The translations under genes and the position numbers were made by a program. A stretch of 63,494 nt of DNA, counting the filler, from Octopus bimaculoides (taxonomy: Eukaryota), in assembly GCF_001194135.2 (NCBI RefSeq). It is 7 parts of 4 records of this genome, joined end to end, with 100 filler letters (N's around TTAATTAATTAA, not from the genome) between each part and the next. Parts side by side here need not be neighbours in the genome. Positions count along the whole stretch, not along the records: positions 62,097 to 63,494 come from NC_068986.1; 6 more parts are not named here. The stretch is one strand, 5' to 3'. Positions 63,281-63,494 of this stretch are shown here, in pieces (the first letter of the stretch is position 1; each line of letters begins with the position of its first letter). Below the pieces are notes generated by a model that was given only the letters and a program-made list of their open reading frames with translations, did no database searches and was not told the DNA's origin.

Positions 63281-63494
63281 CACTTAAGTGTGGCTGACCC
63301 CTAGGGGTGGATGTTACTGTTGCTTTTAGCCCCAGGAGGACATCTCCTCCAGCTGGCTTATCGACACACGACTTTGTCCTGTTTGCCAAGGGAAGTTATC
63401 CCTCTCACCATGATCTGTAGCACGAACGGATCCGGATTTCAGGGTTATTTCCCTTCGTCGGCGTTCGACAGCCACTGACCTTGGTGAGAGAGAC

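Overview
Eukaryotic, AT-rich, gap-ridden draft scaffold. The SINE, microsatellite and retroelement content resembles an octopod cephalopod, which is my inference from recalled repeat families rather than a search result. I could not confidently call any host protein-coding gene, and there is no rRNA, true tRNA or CRISPR array. Most ORFs in the track are microsatellite or N-gap artefacts. Transposon content: a near full-length Tx1/L1-clade LINE (ORF1, APE, RT; 58.1-62.0 kb) plus a second subfamily fragment at 1-235; RTE-clade fragments, one showing a twin-priming inversion; three R4-like restriction-endonuclease LINE 3' fragments; two Penelope GIY-YIG remnants; a complete decayed Tc1 with TIRs and TA duplication; mariner remnants; and at least four SINE families. 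The most interesting signal is RNA-structural. Several type I hammerhead-ribozyme motifs occur. The best (33700-33747, minus) sits in a ~333-nt, hairpin-rich tandem unit with an inverted second copy, resembling a metazoan non-LTR retrozyme or Penelope pLTR, and it is fused to a truncated R4 LINE. Also notable are a repeated non-coding element architecture at 12.8-13.8 kb and 62.2-63.0 kb, an HDV-like fold at 18.74-18.87 kb, and a sharply CpG-depleted domain at ~39.6-43.1 kb. Many boundaries are approximate and were read by eye.
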